Below are positions 37,762 through 49,600 of a DNA stretch of 64,000 bases, piece by piece. Every line of letters begins with the position of its first letter. Position 1 is the stretch's first letter. A model generated the notes under the pieces. That model ran no database searches. It was not told the origin of the DNA and worked only from the letters and a program-made list of their open reading frames with translations. Source of the DNA: Rebecca billardiae RCC1528 (lineage: Eukaryota; Protista; Haptophyta); the NCBI GenBank assembly GCA_965240325.2, contig OZ251249.1, positions 1-64,000 on the forward strand, read 5' to 3'. A program made the position numbers and the translations under genes.

Positions 37762-38745
37762 TCCCCTTACCGCAGTCTGCTTCTATACGAAGCAGATTTG
37801 GGTGGGCGGCGGCGTGGGAGCGCTGGGCGCGCAGGTAGACGGCGCGAGCGGGCGCGCGCACGCTTTGGGGCATCTTTGGGACCATACCCATCGATGACCC
37901 GAGCCTCGCCGCCACCGCCCTTCCCCTTCTCCCGTGCCACGGCGTCCAGACGGAGTGCCAAACGAGCGTTTGAACATGCCACGAAGCAGATTTGGAATGG
38001 TGCTCAAACCGCTGCGGAGGTGATCGTCAGGCTGCGGCGTGAGGCTGGGAGGGGTATCATAACGTAATGGATGACGGTCGTCACCCGTGCGCCGGTCGGT
38101 AGGCTGCTACTCAGCGCCCGTAGGCTCGTACGCTGCACCTCGAGCTCAAGATCCCTCACCGTGGGCTCCGCGCGAGTGACACTGAGCACGAGGAGGGTGT
38201 ACTTGCGAGGGGTACGCGCGTCGCGCCTGCGATCGACGCCAGGACAAGCGAAGAAGCGATACCACCACTCCCGCGAAGCGCCTGCCTGACTTGCACTGGG
38301 TGTACACACTGCGTGCGGCGTGCCGCAAGGAAGGAGCCCGACCCGTGCCTCAGCGTGTCCCGCGCGGCTGGCTGGTGGGCACTTTCAACGTGATCGGTCA
38401 TGCGAACGCGCGCAGAGTAACGCGCGCAGTATGTACACTGTCTACAATCATCTTTGTCGGTCGCCCACGTGCTTGAAGCGGCTGCAAGGAGTGCAGTCGG
38501 GTGTCGCGGGCCAGTCGAGCGCCCAGCCAGCACGACGGCAGCTCGGCGCCGCCGCGCGTTGCCATCGTGGAGGCGGTGAAGCTGGAGGTACTAGGCTGGC
38601 GGCTGTCTGAGGGTAGCTAGACCATGCCTGGGCACTCTCAAGCCGTGTTCAACGCCCAGGCGCGCGTGGGTGGGCCGCAAAGCGCGCGCAGCGGCCGCCG
38701 TCAAATCTGCTTCCATACGAAGCAGATTGAACTGCGGTAAGGGGA
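37762..38745. mobile_element. Internally deleted Tc1/mariner-superfamily (pogo/Tc5-like) element with TA TSD
   Basis: TA|TCCCCTTACCGCAGT...ACTGCGGTAAGGGGA|TA, with a subterminal hairpin ctgcttc-N5-gaagcag at both ends. The minus-strand peptide ASREWWYRF resembles the AS.GW..RF motif of the CENP-B/Tc5 HTH. Confidence 0.75.
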
Positions 38746-39240
38746 TATCAATAGCCACAAAGCTCCCTCAGCGTGGCCGTCGCGGCGCTCCCACGCGGGC
38801 CGCTCGCCCTCGGCCGCCGCCACCACCGGTGGCGGCGGCTGTGAGGCGGGTGCAAAGGCGGCGAGTGAAAGCGAGCCCCGCGCGGGCGGCGAGAGAGACG
38901 CGCAGTGCTGAGACCTGATGCGGGAGTGCCCGAACAACGTGAAGGTGCGTCCATCTTCCAAGCGCGCGACCGGTCCGACACCGCGCCACGCCAAACGAGC
39001 ACCACGCGTGTCGCCCCCCAGCGCCGGCCACGCGTCCCGAGGCGCTGCCATGTTTCGTCACGGGCCCGATCTCTGAGGTTAGCCCCGGCCGCTCTGCGAG
39101 CGTGGTTCCACCACGCGCAGAGCGGCCGGGTGTGTATCGGCCAGTGTTCGACGTGCGCAACGCCGCAACCCGCAGCGGACCGGCATTTTCCGCGCCGGCC
39201 ACGGGCCAACCGTCTTTCCTCCACCGACCGCGGGGCAACG

Positions 39241-40653
39241 ATGAACACGGCACCGACAACGCGCGCGCGTGGGGAGGCGCGCTCGGCAGCGGCGGCCGTG
39301 CGGCTGACCGACCTGCCGCCCGAGCTCGTCGCGCGCATTCTCTCCCACCTCGACGGCACGCGCGACCTCGCCGCCGCCAACGCCGCCGCTCGCCTCTTCC
39401 GCGGCGCGCCGCTCGAGCACGCGCTGCGCGAGCGCGCTCGCGCGCGCGGGCACGAGGCCGCGCTGCCGCCGACCCTGCCGACGGGCACGCGCACGTGGGC
39501 GGAGGAGCTGCTTGCGCGCGAGCGCGTGTGCGAGCTTGCGTGCGCGCACGCGCACGCTGCCGCTGCCAGCCTATCCTTTCAGATGCGCCTCTCCGCCTTT
39601 GTCGACGGCGCCGGCGGCGTGCACACGTGCGGGACGCCATTGGGCCATCCCGAGCTCAGCAGGGAGTCCCGCGTGCTCGTGCCGAGGCGCGTCGACTCGC
39701 TGGCCGCTGTGCGTGTGCGTGCAGTTGCTGCCGGCGGCACGTACCTGCTCGCGTTGAGCGACGCCGGAGCCGTGTATGCGTGCGGCAACAACGACTACGG
39801 CCAGCTGGGCGTGGGCGACAAGGCTGAGCGACGGGCGTTCGTGCCTGTGGCGGCGCTGGGTGCGGAGCTCGTCGTCGGCGTCGCTGCCGGTTTGTACCAC
39901 AGCCTCGCGCTCACGGCTGCCGGCGCTGCGTACATCTGGGGCCGCGGCGGCTTTGGCATGCTCGGCCACGGCGACCTGAAGGAGCGGCTGGAGCCGACGC
40001 GCATCGAGGCGCTGGACGGCGTGCGCGTGGGCGGCGCGGCCGCGGGCAGCCGGCACACGCTGCTGCTCTCGGCGTGCGGCGCCGTATACTCGTGCGGGGA
40101 GGCCTACGACGGCCGCATTGGGCACGGTGACGATCAGCGGCGGCACATTCCGCGGCGCATCGAGGCACTCGCAGGCGTGCGCGCCGTGCACGTGAGCGCG
40201 GGCTTCAACCACAGCCTGGTGGTGGACGCAGCGGGCGGCGTGCACTCCTTCGGACACGGTGAGTCTGGCGCGCTCGGACACGGTGACGAGGCGCGTCGCT
40301 TAGTGCCCACGCGTATCGCCGCCCTGATGGGCGTGCGTGCCGTGCGCGCCAGGGCAGGCTATCGCAGCAGCGCGGTGGTGTGCGCGGACGGCAGCGTGCA
40401 CGCGTTTGGGCTCAACGACTACGGCCAGCTGGGGCTGGGAGATCAAGCGGGGCGTTGGCTGCCCACGCGGGTGGGGGGTCTCGCGCATGCGCACGTGGTC
40501 GACTGCTCGCTCGGTAACAAGCACGCCCTCTACGTCACCGCGGACGGCGGCGTGCACGCGTGCGGCGGTTCAAGCGCGCTCGGCTTGGGAGTCTGGGGCA
40601 ACGACCCGCAGCGCGTGGTGCAGCTGCCGCCCCTACGCTGTGGGCCGCGTTGA
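39241..40653 (+). CDS. F-box + RCC1-repeat protein (470 aa, intronless)
   Basis: F-box motif LTDLPPELVARILSHLD followed by about six RCC1 repeats (G.N..GQLG.GD...P..V..L....V..V.AG..HSL). The ATG at 39241 is preferred over the ORF-track start at 38905. Confidence 0.9.
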   Translation: MNTAPTTRARGEARSAAAAVRLTDLPPELVARILSHLDGTRDLAAANAAARLFRGAPLEHALRERARARGHEAALPPTLPTGTRTWAEELLARERVCELACAHAHAAAASLSFQMRLSAFVDGAGGVHTCGTPLGHPELSRESRVLVPRRVDSLAAVRVRAVAAGGTYLLALSDAGAVYACGNNDYGQLGVGDKAERRAFVPVAALGAELVVGVAAGLYHSLALTAAGAAYIWGRGGFGMLGHGDLKERLEPTRIEALDGVRVGGAAAGSRHTLLLSACGAVYSCGEAYDGRIGHGDDQRRHIPRRIEALAGVRAVHVSAGFNHSLVVDAAGGVHSFGHGESGALGHGDEARRLVPTRIAALMGVRAVRARAGYRSSAVVCADGSVHAFGLNDYGQLGLGDQAGRWLPTRVGGLAHAHVVDCSLGNKHALYVTADGGVHACGGSSALGLGVWGNDPQRVVQLPPLRCGPR

Positions 40654-40924
40654 GCGCACTGCCAGTGCTGGTCGCGCTGGTCGCGCAGGCATGCCTGAGT
40701 GCGGCGTGCGTGCGAGTGCTGGCGCAGGGCAGTGTGCCGCGCTGCCCTGCTGCCGAGTCGAAACTGACGACGGCGGCCTCGATCGCCGCGGCGGCGTCGC
40801 CGCGCGCTGCAAGCGGGCGCAGCAGCAGGCGGAGGGCGCAGGGGCGGCGGGGGCTCGTCGATCTGGCTGATGCGCGCGCGGCCCGTAGTAGTGATGGCCG
40901 CGTTCCCGGTGATGATGATGGCAT

Positions 40925-41004
40925 TATTATTATTTTTATTATTATATATATATATATATACGTTTAATATGTCGCGCGTGATTATATATATCGGTATATA
41001 TATA
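40925..41004. repeat. (ATT)n/(AT)n microsatellite
   Basis: attattattattttt...tatatatatatatatatac. Confidence 0.85.
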
Positions 41005-42189
41005 TGGCTCGGATCCGACGACGAGTACCGTAACGTGACGTAAACGGCGATGCATCACTGAATGCGGTCACGAACGGGCCACGGCCGGCACGCTGTCGCT
41101 GCTGCGGCGCATACTACGCCGTACGACCGTACGCCGATTCACGCCGCCGGCCGGCCCGACGCGGTGCTGCTGATGACGACGGTTCCGCGGGCGAGACTGC
41201 TTCCGCGAGCAGGCGGCAGATAATCTGATGGCGGAGCAACCTGCTACTCGCGCATGGCAGCACTCCTCATTATTGACTCAGTTACATCAGTGCGAGTCCG
41301 TGACTCATCGTCAGCAAGCAGGCAGTCATCATCATCAGCAACTACCGCCGGATCGGACATCGGTCAGCAGCTGACGAACTCCGCCGCCTGCGCGCTACGA
41401 CAGGTCATGATGCTGAGCCGTGCATGTATATGATGGCAATATATATCACTAATCAGCGCCGCCGCGCGCGCGGATCCGGATTCTGCTAGTTATAGCTATA
41501 CCGCGACACGCGCGGCTGCGCCCGCGCGGCCGGCATTGATGACGATATATACCATGGCAGCGGAAACGGATCGATCGTTCGACCGGGCATGGCTCGGCTG
41601 CTGCATGCTGGCTCGATCGCCGTGCTGATGCTGCTGCCATCCGCCGGCGGCCGCGCGCGGCGGCAGCGAGCGCGAGCGCAGGCGGCGCCGCAGCCGCGGC
41701 CGAGTGCAGCCGCGCGGCAGTCGTCCCCCGCGCGGCGGCCGGCGCCCGAGCCATCGCGGCGCTTCGCGCCACCGCTCAGCCGCGCGCGGGGCAGTCGTGT
41801 ACACGTCTGCTGTCTGCAACACAGCGACGGACCCCGCCCGGACACAGCGCGGCGCGCGGGCCGCCCGAGGCGCGGCGCGTGCGGGTGTGAAGCTGCGACG
41901 GCGTCCACGAGAGAGAGAGAGCGCGCGCGCAAACAAGGGGGCGGGGCGGCGGCGCGCGACCGGCACGCGGCCGCGCGGCGCCGCGCGCGATGGTGGTGTG
42001 TGGTGTGTGGAGGGCCGTGCGCCCCCCGGGGACGTGAACGTGTGCTGCTGCGTGCAGCTGCAGCGGCGGCTGCGCGCAGCCCTTGCTGGGCGGAGCCGCC
42101 CGCGCCGCCCGCACCCGCGCGCCGCGCCGCGCCGCGCCGCGCCGAGCGGCGCGGGCGCGGGCGCGCGGGCGCGCGGGCGGGCGGGCGGC

Positions 42190-43235
42190 TCACTGCTGCG
42201 GCGGCTGCGGCGGCAGCGGCGGCGGCTGCGAGCCGCCGAACATGTCCATGCCGCCGCCCATGCCGCCCATGCCGCTCGGGTCGAAGTAGGCGCCGCCCAT
42301 CCCGCCGCCCATCCCGCCGCCGCCCATGTGCAGCCCGCCCGAGCCGTCGGCGTAGCCGCCGCCGCCGAACACGGCGGCGCCGCCGAACGGCGCGAGCCCG
42401 TGGTGCCCCGGGTGGTGCGCGTAGTGCCCGAGCATCCGGCCGCCGTGCTGCCCCTGCGCCTGCTGCTGCTGCTGCTGCTGCTGCTGCGCCAGCTGCTGCT
42501 GCAGCGCCGCCGCGCCGTGCAGCTGCGCGGCGAGCTGCGCGGCCGCGTGCGCCTGCGCGTGCGCGTGCGCCTGCGCCTGCGCTTGCGCGTGCGCGTGCGC
42601 CTGCGCCGCCGCATGGTGGTGCGACTGCGCCGCGTACTGGTGCGCCCCGGCCCCCGGCGGCGGCGGCTGGCCGCCGCCTCCGCCGCCGTGCTCAAAAGGC
42701 CGGCCGCCGAACGCGCCGCCGCCGGACGCGTCGTACTGCGCGCCCAGCCCGCCGCCGCCGCCGCCGCCGTACAGCGCAGCGTCCGCCCACGGCGGCGCGT
42801 TGGCGCTCATGCCGCTGCCGCCGCCCACGAGGCCCAGGCCGGCGACCCACTGCGCGCCGCCGCCCGCCGACCCAAACCCGCCGCCGCCCGCCGCCGAGTG
42901 CGGCGGCTGCGGCTGCTGCTGCGGCGGCGGCGGCTGCTGCGGCTGCGGCTGCGGCGGCGGCTGCTGCTGCTGCTGCTGCGGCTGCGACTGCGGCGGCTGC
43001 TGCGCCCGCTGCCCGCCGCCGCCGCCCCACATCACGCCGCCGCCGTCGGCCGCGGCCGCCGCGCTCGCGGCCGCCGCAGCGCCGCCGCCGCCAAACAGCC
43101 CGTGCGCGGCCGCGGCGGACGGGCCGGAGGACGCGGGCGGCTGCGCGCCGCGTCCTCCAAGCGGCGCCCACGCCCCACCGCCACCGCCGCCGCCCCCACC
43201 GCCCGCCGCCGCGGTGGGCGAGGGGCGGTCCGGGT
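42190..43235 (-). pseudogene. 3' fragment or last exon of a Gln/Gly/Ala/His-rich low-complexity protein gene
   Basis: Open frame with poly-Q, AQAHAHAQ and GGM repeats, ending GGSQPPPLPPQPPQQ*. Its upstream sequence is satellite DNA, so no credible start is present. Confidence 0.5.
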
Positions 43236-43325
43236 GCTGTCGGACCGGCTCGGGAGGCGATTGAGGCAGCGGATCAGCGCTACCGGGCCGTACGTGCGCG
43301 GCGCAGTCGGTTCCTCGCACTTGGA

Positions 43326-43602
43326 GACCCCGAGTGAGTGGCAACCGTGAGGGCACTCCCAAAGACCAGCATGGTGGCCCGCTACAATAATGTGATATCC
43401 GCTGCTGACGACTGGAGCCGCGGCGGGCAGGGCCGCGCCGCGGCAGTGCGGCACACTGCAGGCCGAGCGGGTACAGTGGCCATAAGCGACGGACCCAGAG
43501 CCAGTACGTGGGGCATCTGCCGACGTGGCCTGCCGCAGTGACCCCCGGGCGAGCTGCAACCGCGAGGGCACTCCTAATTACCGGTGTGGTGGGCCACCAC
43601 AG
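43326..43602 (+). repeat. ~215-bp repeat family (about 1.3 copies) leading into the satellite
   Basis: 'gacccc...gcaaccg.gagggcactcc.aa' occurs at 43326 and 43540; homologous to 14940-15430. Confidence 0.65.
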
Positions 43603-43604
43603 CT

Positions 43605-46600
43605 CAGTGCCACCCAATACCACCGGGCGGTAAGCTCCGACGTCTGGGGCGGCCTGCCCCGGCCCTCCCGCGCTTGCCCCAGCCTCTGGGCGCCGCCCGC
43701 CAGCACATTCTCAGCTCGCGTGCCCTTAGCCGAGCTCCGCGTGCCGACTCGGCTGCTTGGGGCAGCGGTCAAAGCGATGCCCCGCAGTGAAGGAAAGCGC
43801 AGTGCCATCCAATACCAGCGGGAGGTGGGCCCCGATGTCTGGGGCGGCCTGCCCCGCCCCTCCCGCGCTTGCCCCAGCCTCTGGGCGCCGCCCGCCAGCA
43901 CATTCTCAGCTCGCGCGCCCTTAGCCGAGCTCCGCGTGCCGACGCGGCTGCTTGGGGCAGCGGTCAGAGCGATGCCCCGAGGCGAGGGGCGGCGCAGTGC
44001 CACCCAATACCACGGGGAGGTGGGCCCCGACGTCTGGGGCGGCCTGCCCCGCCCCTCCCGCGCTTGCCCCAGCCTCTGGGCGCCGCCCGCCAGCACATTC
44101 CCAGCTCGCGCGCCCGCAGCCGAGCTCCGCGTGCCGACGCGGCTGCTTGGGGCAGCGGTCAAAGCGATGCCCCGCAGTGAAGGAAAGCGCAGTGCCACCC
44201 AATACCACCGAAAGGTGGGCCCCTACGTCTGGGGCGGCCTGCCCCGCCCCTCCCGCGCTTGCCCCAGCCTCTGGGCGCCGCCCGCCGGCACATTCCCAGC
44301 TCGCGCGCCCTTAGCCGAGCTCCGCGTGCCGACGCGGCTGCTTGGGGCAGCGGTCGAAGCGATGCCCCGAGGCGAGGGGCGGCGCAGTGCCACCCAATAC
44401 CACCGGGAGGTGGGCCCCGACGTCTGGGGTGGCCTGCCCCGCCCCTCCCGCGCTTGCCCCAGCCTCTGGGCGCCGCCCGCCAGCGCATTCCCAGCTCGCG
44501 CGCCCGCAGCCAAGCTCCGCGTGCCGACGCGGCTGCTTGGGGCAGCGGTCAAAGCGATGCCCCGAGGCGAGGGGCGGCGCAGTGCCACCCAATACCACAG
44601 GGAGGTGGCCTGCCCCGCCCCTCCCGCGCTTGCCCCAGCCTCTGGGCGCCGCCCGCCAGCACATTCCCAGCTCGCGCGCCCGCAGCCGAGCTCCGCGTGC
44701 CGACGCGGCTGCTTGGGGCAGCGGTGCCACGCGTGCCGACGCGGCTGCTTGGGGCAGCGGTCAAAGCGATGCCCCGCAGTGAAGGAAAGCGCAGTGCCAG
44801 CCAATACCACCGGGAGGTGGGCCCCTACGTCTGGGGCGGCCTGCCCCGCCCCTCCCGCGCTTGCCCCAGCCTCTGGGCGCCGCCCGTCGGCACATTCCCA
44901 GCTCGCGCGCCCTTAGCCGAGCTCCGCGTGCCGACGCGGCTGCTTGGGGCAGCGGTCGAAGCGATGCCCCGAGGCGAGGGGCGGCGCAGTGCCACCCAAT
45001 ACCACCGGGAGGTGGGCCCCGATGTCTGGGGCGGCCTGCCCCGCCCCTCCCGCGCTTGCCCCAGCCTCTGGGCGCCGCCCGCCAGCACATTCTCAGCTCG
45101 CGCGCCCTTAGCCGAGCTCCGCGTGCCGACGCGGCTGCTTGGGGCAGCGGTCAGAGCGATGCCCCGAGGCGAGGGGCGGCGCAGTGCCACCCAATACCAC
45201 GGGGAGGTGGGCCCCGACGTCTGGGGCGGCCTGCCCCGCCCCTCCCGCGCTTGCCCCAGCCTCTGGGCGCCGCCCGCCAGCGCATTCCCAGCTCGCGCGC
45301 CCGCAGCCAAGCTCCGCGTGCCGACGCGGCTGCTTGGGGCAGCGGTCAAAGCGATGCCCCGAGGCGAGGGGCGGCGCAGTGCCACCCAATACCACAGGGG
45401 GGTGGCCTGCCCCGCCCCTCCCGCGCTTGCCCCAGCCTCTGGGCGCCGCCCGCCAGCGCATTCCCAGCTCGCGCGCCCGCAGCCAAGCTCCGCGTGCCGA
45501 CGCGGCTGCTTGGGGCAGCGGTCAAAGCGATGCCCCGAGGCGAGGGGCGGCGCAGTGCCACCCAATACCACCGGGAGGTGGGCCCCTACGTCTGGGGCGG
45601 CCTGCCCCGCCCCTCCCGCGCTTGCCCCAGCCTCTGGGCGCCGCCCGCCAGCACATTCCCAGCTCGCGCGCCCGCAGCCGAGCCACGCGTGCCGACGCGG
45701 CTGCTTGGGGCAGCGGTCAACGCGATGCCCCGCAGTGAAGGAAAGCGCAGTGCCACCCAATACCACCGGGAGGTGGGCCCCTACGTCTGGGGCGGCCTGC
45801 CCCGCCCCTCCCGCGCTTGCCCCAGCCTCTGGACGCCGCCCGCCAGCACATTCCCAGCTCGCGCGCCCTTAGCCGAGCCACGCGTGCCGGCGCGGCTGCT
45901 TGGGGCAGCGGTCAAAGCGATGCCCCGCAGTGAAGGAAAGCGCAGTGCCACCCAATACCACCGGGAGGTGGGCCCCTACGTCTGGGGCGGCCTGCCCCGC
46001 CCCTCCCGCGCTTGCCCCAGCCTCTGGGCGCCGCCCGCCAGCACATTCCCAGCTCGCGCGCCCTTAGCCGAGCCACGCGTGCCGACGCGGCTGCTTGGGG
46101 CAGCGGTCAAAGCGATGCCCCGCAGTGAAGGAAAGCGCAGTGCCACCCAATACCACCGGGAGGTGGGCCCCTACGTCTGGGGCGGCCTGCCCCGCCCCTC
46201 CCGCGCTTGCCCCAGCCTCTGGGCGCCGCCCGCCAGCACATTCCAAGCTCGCGCGCCCGCAGCCGAGCCACGCGTGCCGACGCGGCTGCTTGGGGCAGCG
46301 GTCAAAGCGATGCCCCGCAGTGAAGGAAAGCGCAGTGCCACCCAATACCACCGGGAGGTGGGCCCCTACGTCTGGGGCGGCCTGCCCCGCCCCTCCCGCG
46401 CTTGCCCCAGCCTCTGGGCGCCGCCCGCCAGCACATGCCAAGCTCGCGCGCCCGCAGCCGAGCCACGCGTGCCGACGCGGCTGCTTGGGGCAGCGGTCAA
46501 AGCGATGCCCCGAGGCGAGGGGCGGCACAGTGCCACCCAATACCACAGGGAGGTGGGCCCCGACGTCTGGGGCGGCCTGCCCCGCCCCTCCCGCGCTTGC

Positions 46601-49600
46601 CCCAGCCTCTGGGCGCCGCCCGCCAGCACATTCCCAGCTCGCGCGCCCGCAGCCGAGCTCCGCGTGCCGACGCGGCTGCTTGGGGCAGCGGTCAAAGCGA
46701 TGCCCCGCAGTGAAGGAAAGCGCAGTGCCACCCAATACCACCGGGAGGTGGGCCCCTACGTCTGGGGCGGCCTGCCCCGCCCCTCCCGCGCTTGCCCCAG
46801 CCTCTGGGCGCCGCCCGCCAGCACATTCCCAGCTCGCGCGCCCGCAGCTGAGCCACGCGTGCCGACGCGGCTGCTTGGGGCAGCGGTCAAAGCGATGCCC
46901 CGCGGTGAAGGAAAGCGCAGTGCCACCCAATACCACGGGGAGGTGGGCCCCTACGTCTGCCCCGCCCCTCCCGCGCTTGCCCCAGCCTCTGGGCGCCGCC
47001 CGCCAGCACATTCCCAGCTCGCGCGCCCTTAGCCGAGCTCCGCGTGCCGACGCGGCTGCTTGGGGCAGCGGTCAACGCGATGCCCCGCAGTGAAGGAAAG
47101 CGCAGTGCCACCCAATACCACCGGGAGGTGGGCCCCTACGTCTGGGGCGGCCTGCCCCGCCCCTCCCGCGCTTGCCCCAGCCTCTGGACGCCGCCCGCCA
47201 GCACATTCTCAGCTCGCGCGCCCTTAGCCGAGCCACGCGTGCCGACGCGGCTGCTTGGGGCAGCGGTCAAAGCGATGCCCCGCAGTGAAGGAAAGCGCAG
47301 TGCCACCCAATACCACCGGGAGGTGGGCCCCTACGTCTGGGGCGGCCTGCCCCGCCCCTCCCGCGCTTGCCCCAGCCTCTGGGCGCCGCCCGCCAGCACA
47401 TTCCCAGCTCGCGCGCCCGCAGCCGAGCCACGCGTGCCGACGCGGCTGCTTGGGGCAGCGGTCAAAGCGATGCCCCGCAGTGAAGGAAAGCGCAGTGCCA
47501 CCCAATACCACGGGGAGGTGGGCCCCTACGTCTGGGGCGGCCTGCCCCGCCCCTCCCGCGCTTGCCCCAGCCTCTGGGCGCCGCCCGCCAGCACATTCTC
47601 AGCTCGCGCGCCCTTAGCCGAGCTCCGCGTGCCGACGCGGCTGCTTGGGGCAGCGGTCAACGCGATGCCCCGCAGTGAAGGAAAGCGCAGTGCCACCCAA
47701 TACCACCGGGAGGTGGGCCCCTACGTCTGGGGCGGCCTGCCCCGCCCCTCCCGCGCTTGCCCCAGCCTCTGGGCGCCGCCCGCCAGCACATTCCCAGCTC
47801 GCGCGCCCGCAGCCGAGCTCCGCGTGCCGACGCGGCTGCTTGGGGCAGCGGTCAAAGCGATGCCCCGAGGCGAGGGGCGGCACAGTGCCACCCAATACCA
47901 CAGGGAGGTGGGCCCCGACGTCTGGGGCGGCCTGCCCCGCCCCTCCCGCGCTTGCCCCAGCCTCTGGGCGCCGCCCGCCAGCACATTCCCAGCTCGCGCG
48001 CCCTTAGCCGAGCTCCGCGTGCCGACGCGGCTGCTTGGGGCAGCGGTCAAAGCGATGCCCCGCGGTGAAGGAAAGCGCAGTGCCACCCAATACCACCGGG
48101 AGGTGGGCCCCTACGTCTGCCCCGCCCCTCCCGCGCTTGCCCCAGCCTCTGGGCGCCGCCCGCCAGCACATTCTCAGCTCGCGCGCCCTTAGCCGAGCTC
48201 CGCGTGCCGACGCGGCTGCTTGGGGCAGCGGTCAACGCGATGCCCCGCAGTGAAGGAAAGCGCAGTGCCACCCAATACCACCGGGAGGTGGGCCCCTACG
48301 TCTGGGGCGGCCTGCCCCGCCCCTCCCGCGCTTGCCCCAGCCTCTGGGCGCCGCCCGCCAGCACATTCCCAGCTCGCGCGCCCGCAGCCGAGCCACGCGT
48401 GCCGACGCGGCTGCTTGGGGCAGCGGTCAAAGCGATGCCCCGCGGTGAAGGAAAGCGCAGTGCCACCCAATACCACGGGGAGGTGGGCCCCTACGTCTGC
48501 CCCGCCCCTCCCGCGCTTGCCCCAGCCTCTGGGCGCCGCCCGCCAGCACATTCTCAGCTCGCGCGCCCTTAGCCGAGCTCCGCGTGCCGACGCGGCTGCT
48601 TGGGGCAGCGGTCAACGCGATGCCCCGCAGTGAAGGAAAGCGCAGTGCCACCCAATACCACCGGGAGGTGGGCCTCTACGTCTGGGGCGGCCTGCCCCGC
48701 CCCTCCCGCGCTTGCCCCAGCCTCTGGGCGCCGCCCGCCAGCACATTCCCAGCTCGCGCGCCCGCAGCCGAGCTCCGCGTGCCGACGCGGCTGCTTGGGG
48801 CAGCGGTCAAAGCGATGCCCCGCAGTGAAGGAAAGCGCAGTGCCACCCAATACCACAGGGAGGTGGGCCCCGACGTCTGGGGCGGCCTGCCCCGCCCCTC
48901 CCGCGCTTGCCCCAGCCTCTGGACGCCGCCCGCCAGCACATTCCCAGCTCGCGCGCCCTTAGCCGAGCCACGCGTGCCGGCGCGGCTGCTTGGGGCAGCG
49001 GTCAAAGCGATGCCCCGCAGTGAAGGAAAGCGCAGTGCCACCCAATACCACCGGGAGGTGGGCCCCTACGTCTGGGGCGGCCTGCCCCGCCCCTCCCGCG
49101 CTTGCCCCAGCCTCTGGGCGCCGCCCGCCAGCACATGCCAAGCTCGCGCGCCCGCAGCCGAGCCACGCGTGCCGACGCGGCTGCTTGGGGCAGCGGTCAA
49201 AGCGATGCCCCGAGGCGAGGGGCGGCACAGTGCCACCCAATACCACAGGGAGGTGGGCCCCGACGTCTGGGGCGGCCTGCCCCGCCCCTCCCGCGCTTGC
49301 CCCAGCCTCTGGGCGCCGCCCGCCAGCACATTCCCAGCTCGCGCGCCCGCAGCCGAGCTCCGCGTGCCGACGCGGCTGCTTGGGGCAGCGGTCAAAGCGA
49401 TGCCCCGCAGTGAAGGAAAGCGCAGTGCCACCCAATACCACCGGGAGGTGGGCCCCGACGTCTGGGGCGGCCTGCCCCGTCCCTCCCGCGCTTGCCCCAG
49501 CCTCTGGGCGCCGCCCGCCAGCACATTCTCAGCTCGCGCGCCCTTAGCCGAGCTCCGCGTGCCGACGCGGCTGCTTGGGGCAGCGGTCAACGCGATGCCC

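Noticed and set aside
41165-41200. Hammerhead ribozyme core (CTGATGA)
   Set aside because: No paired stem II or GAAA follows.
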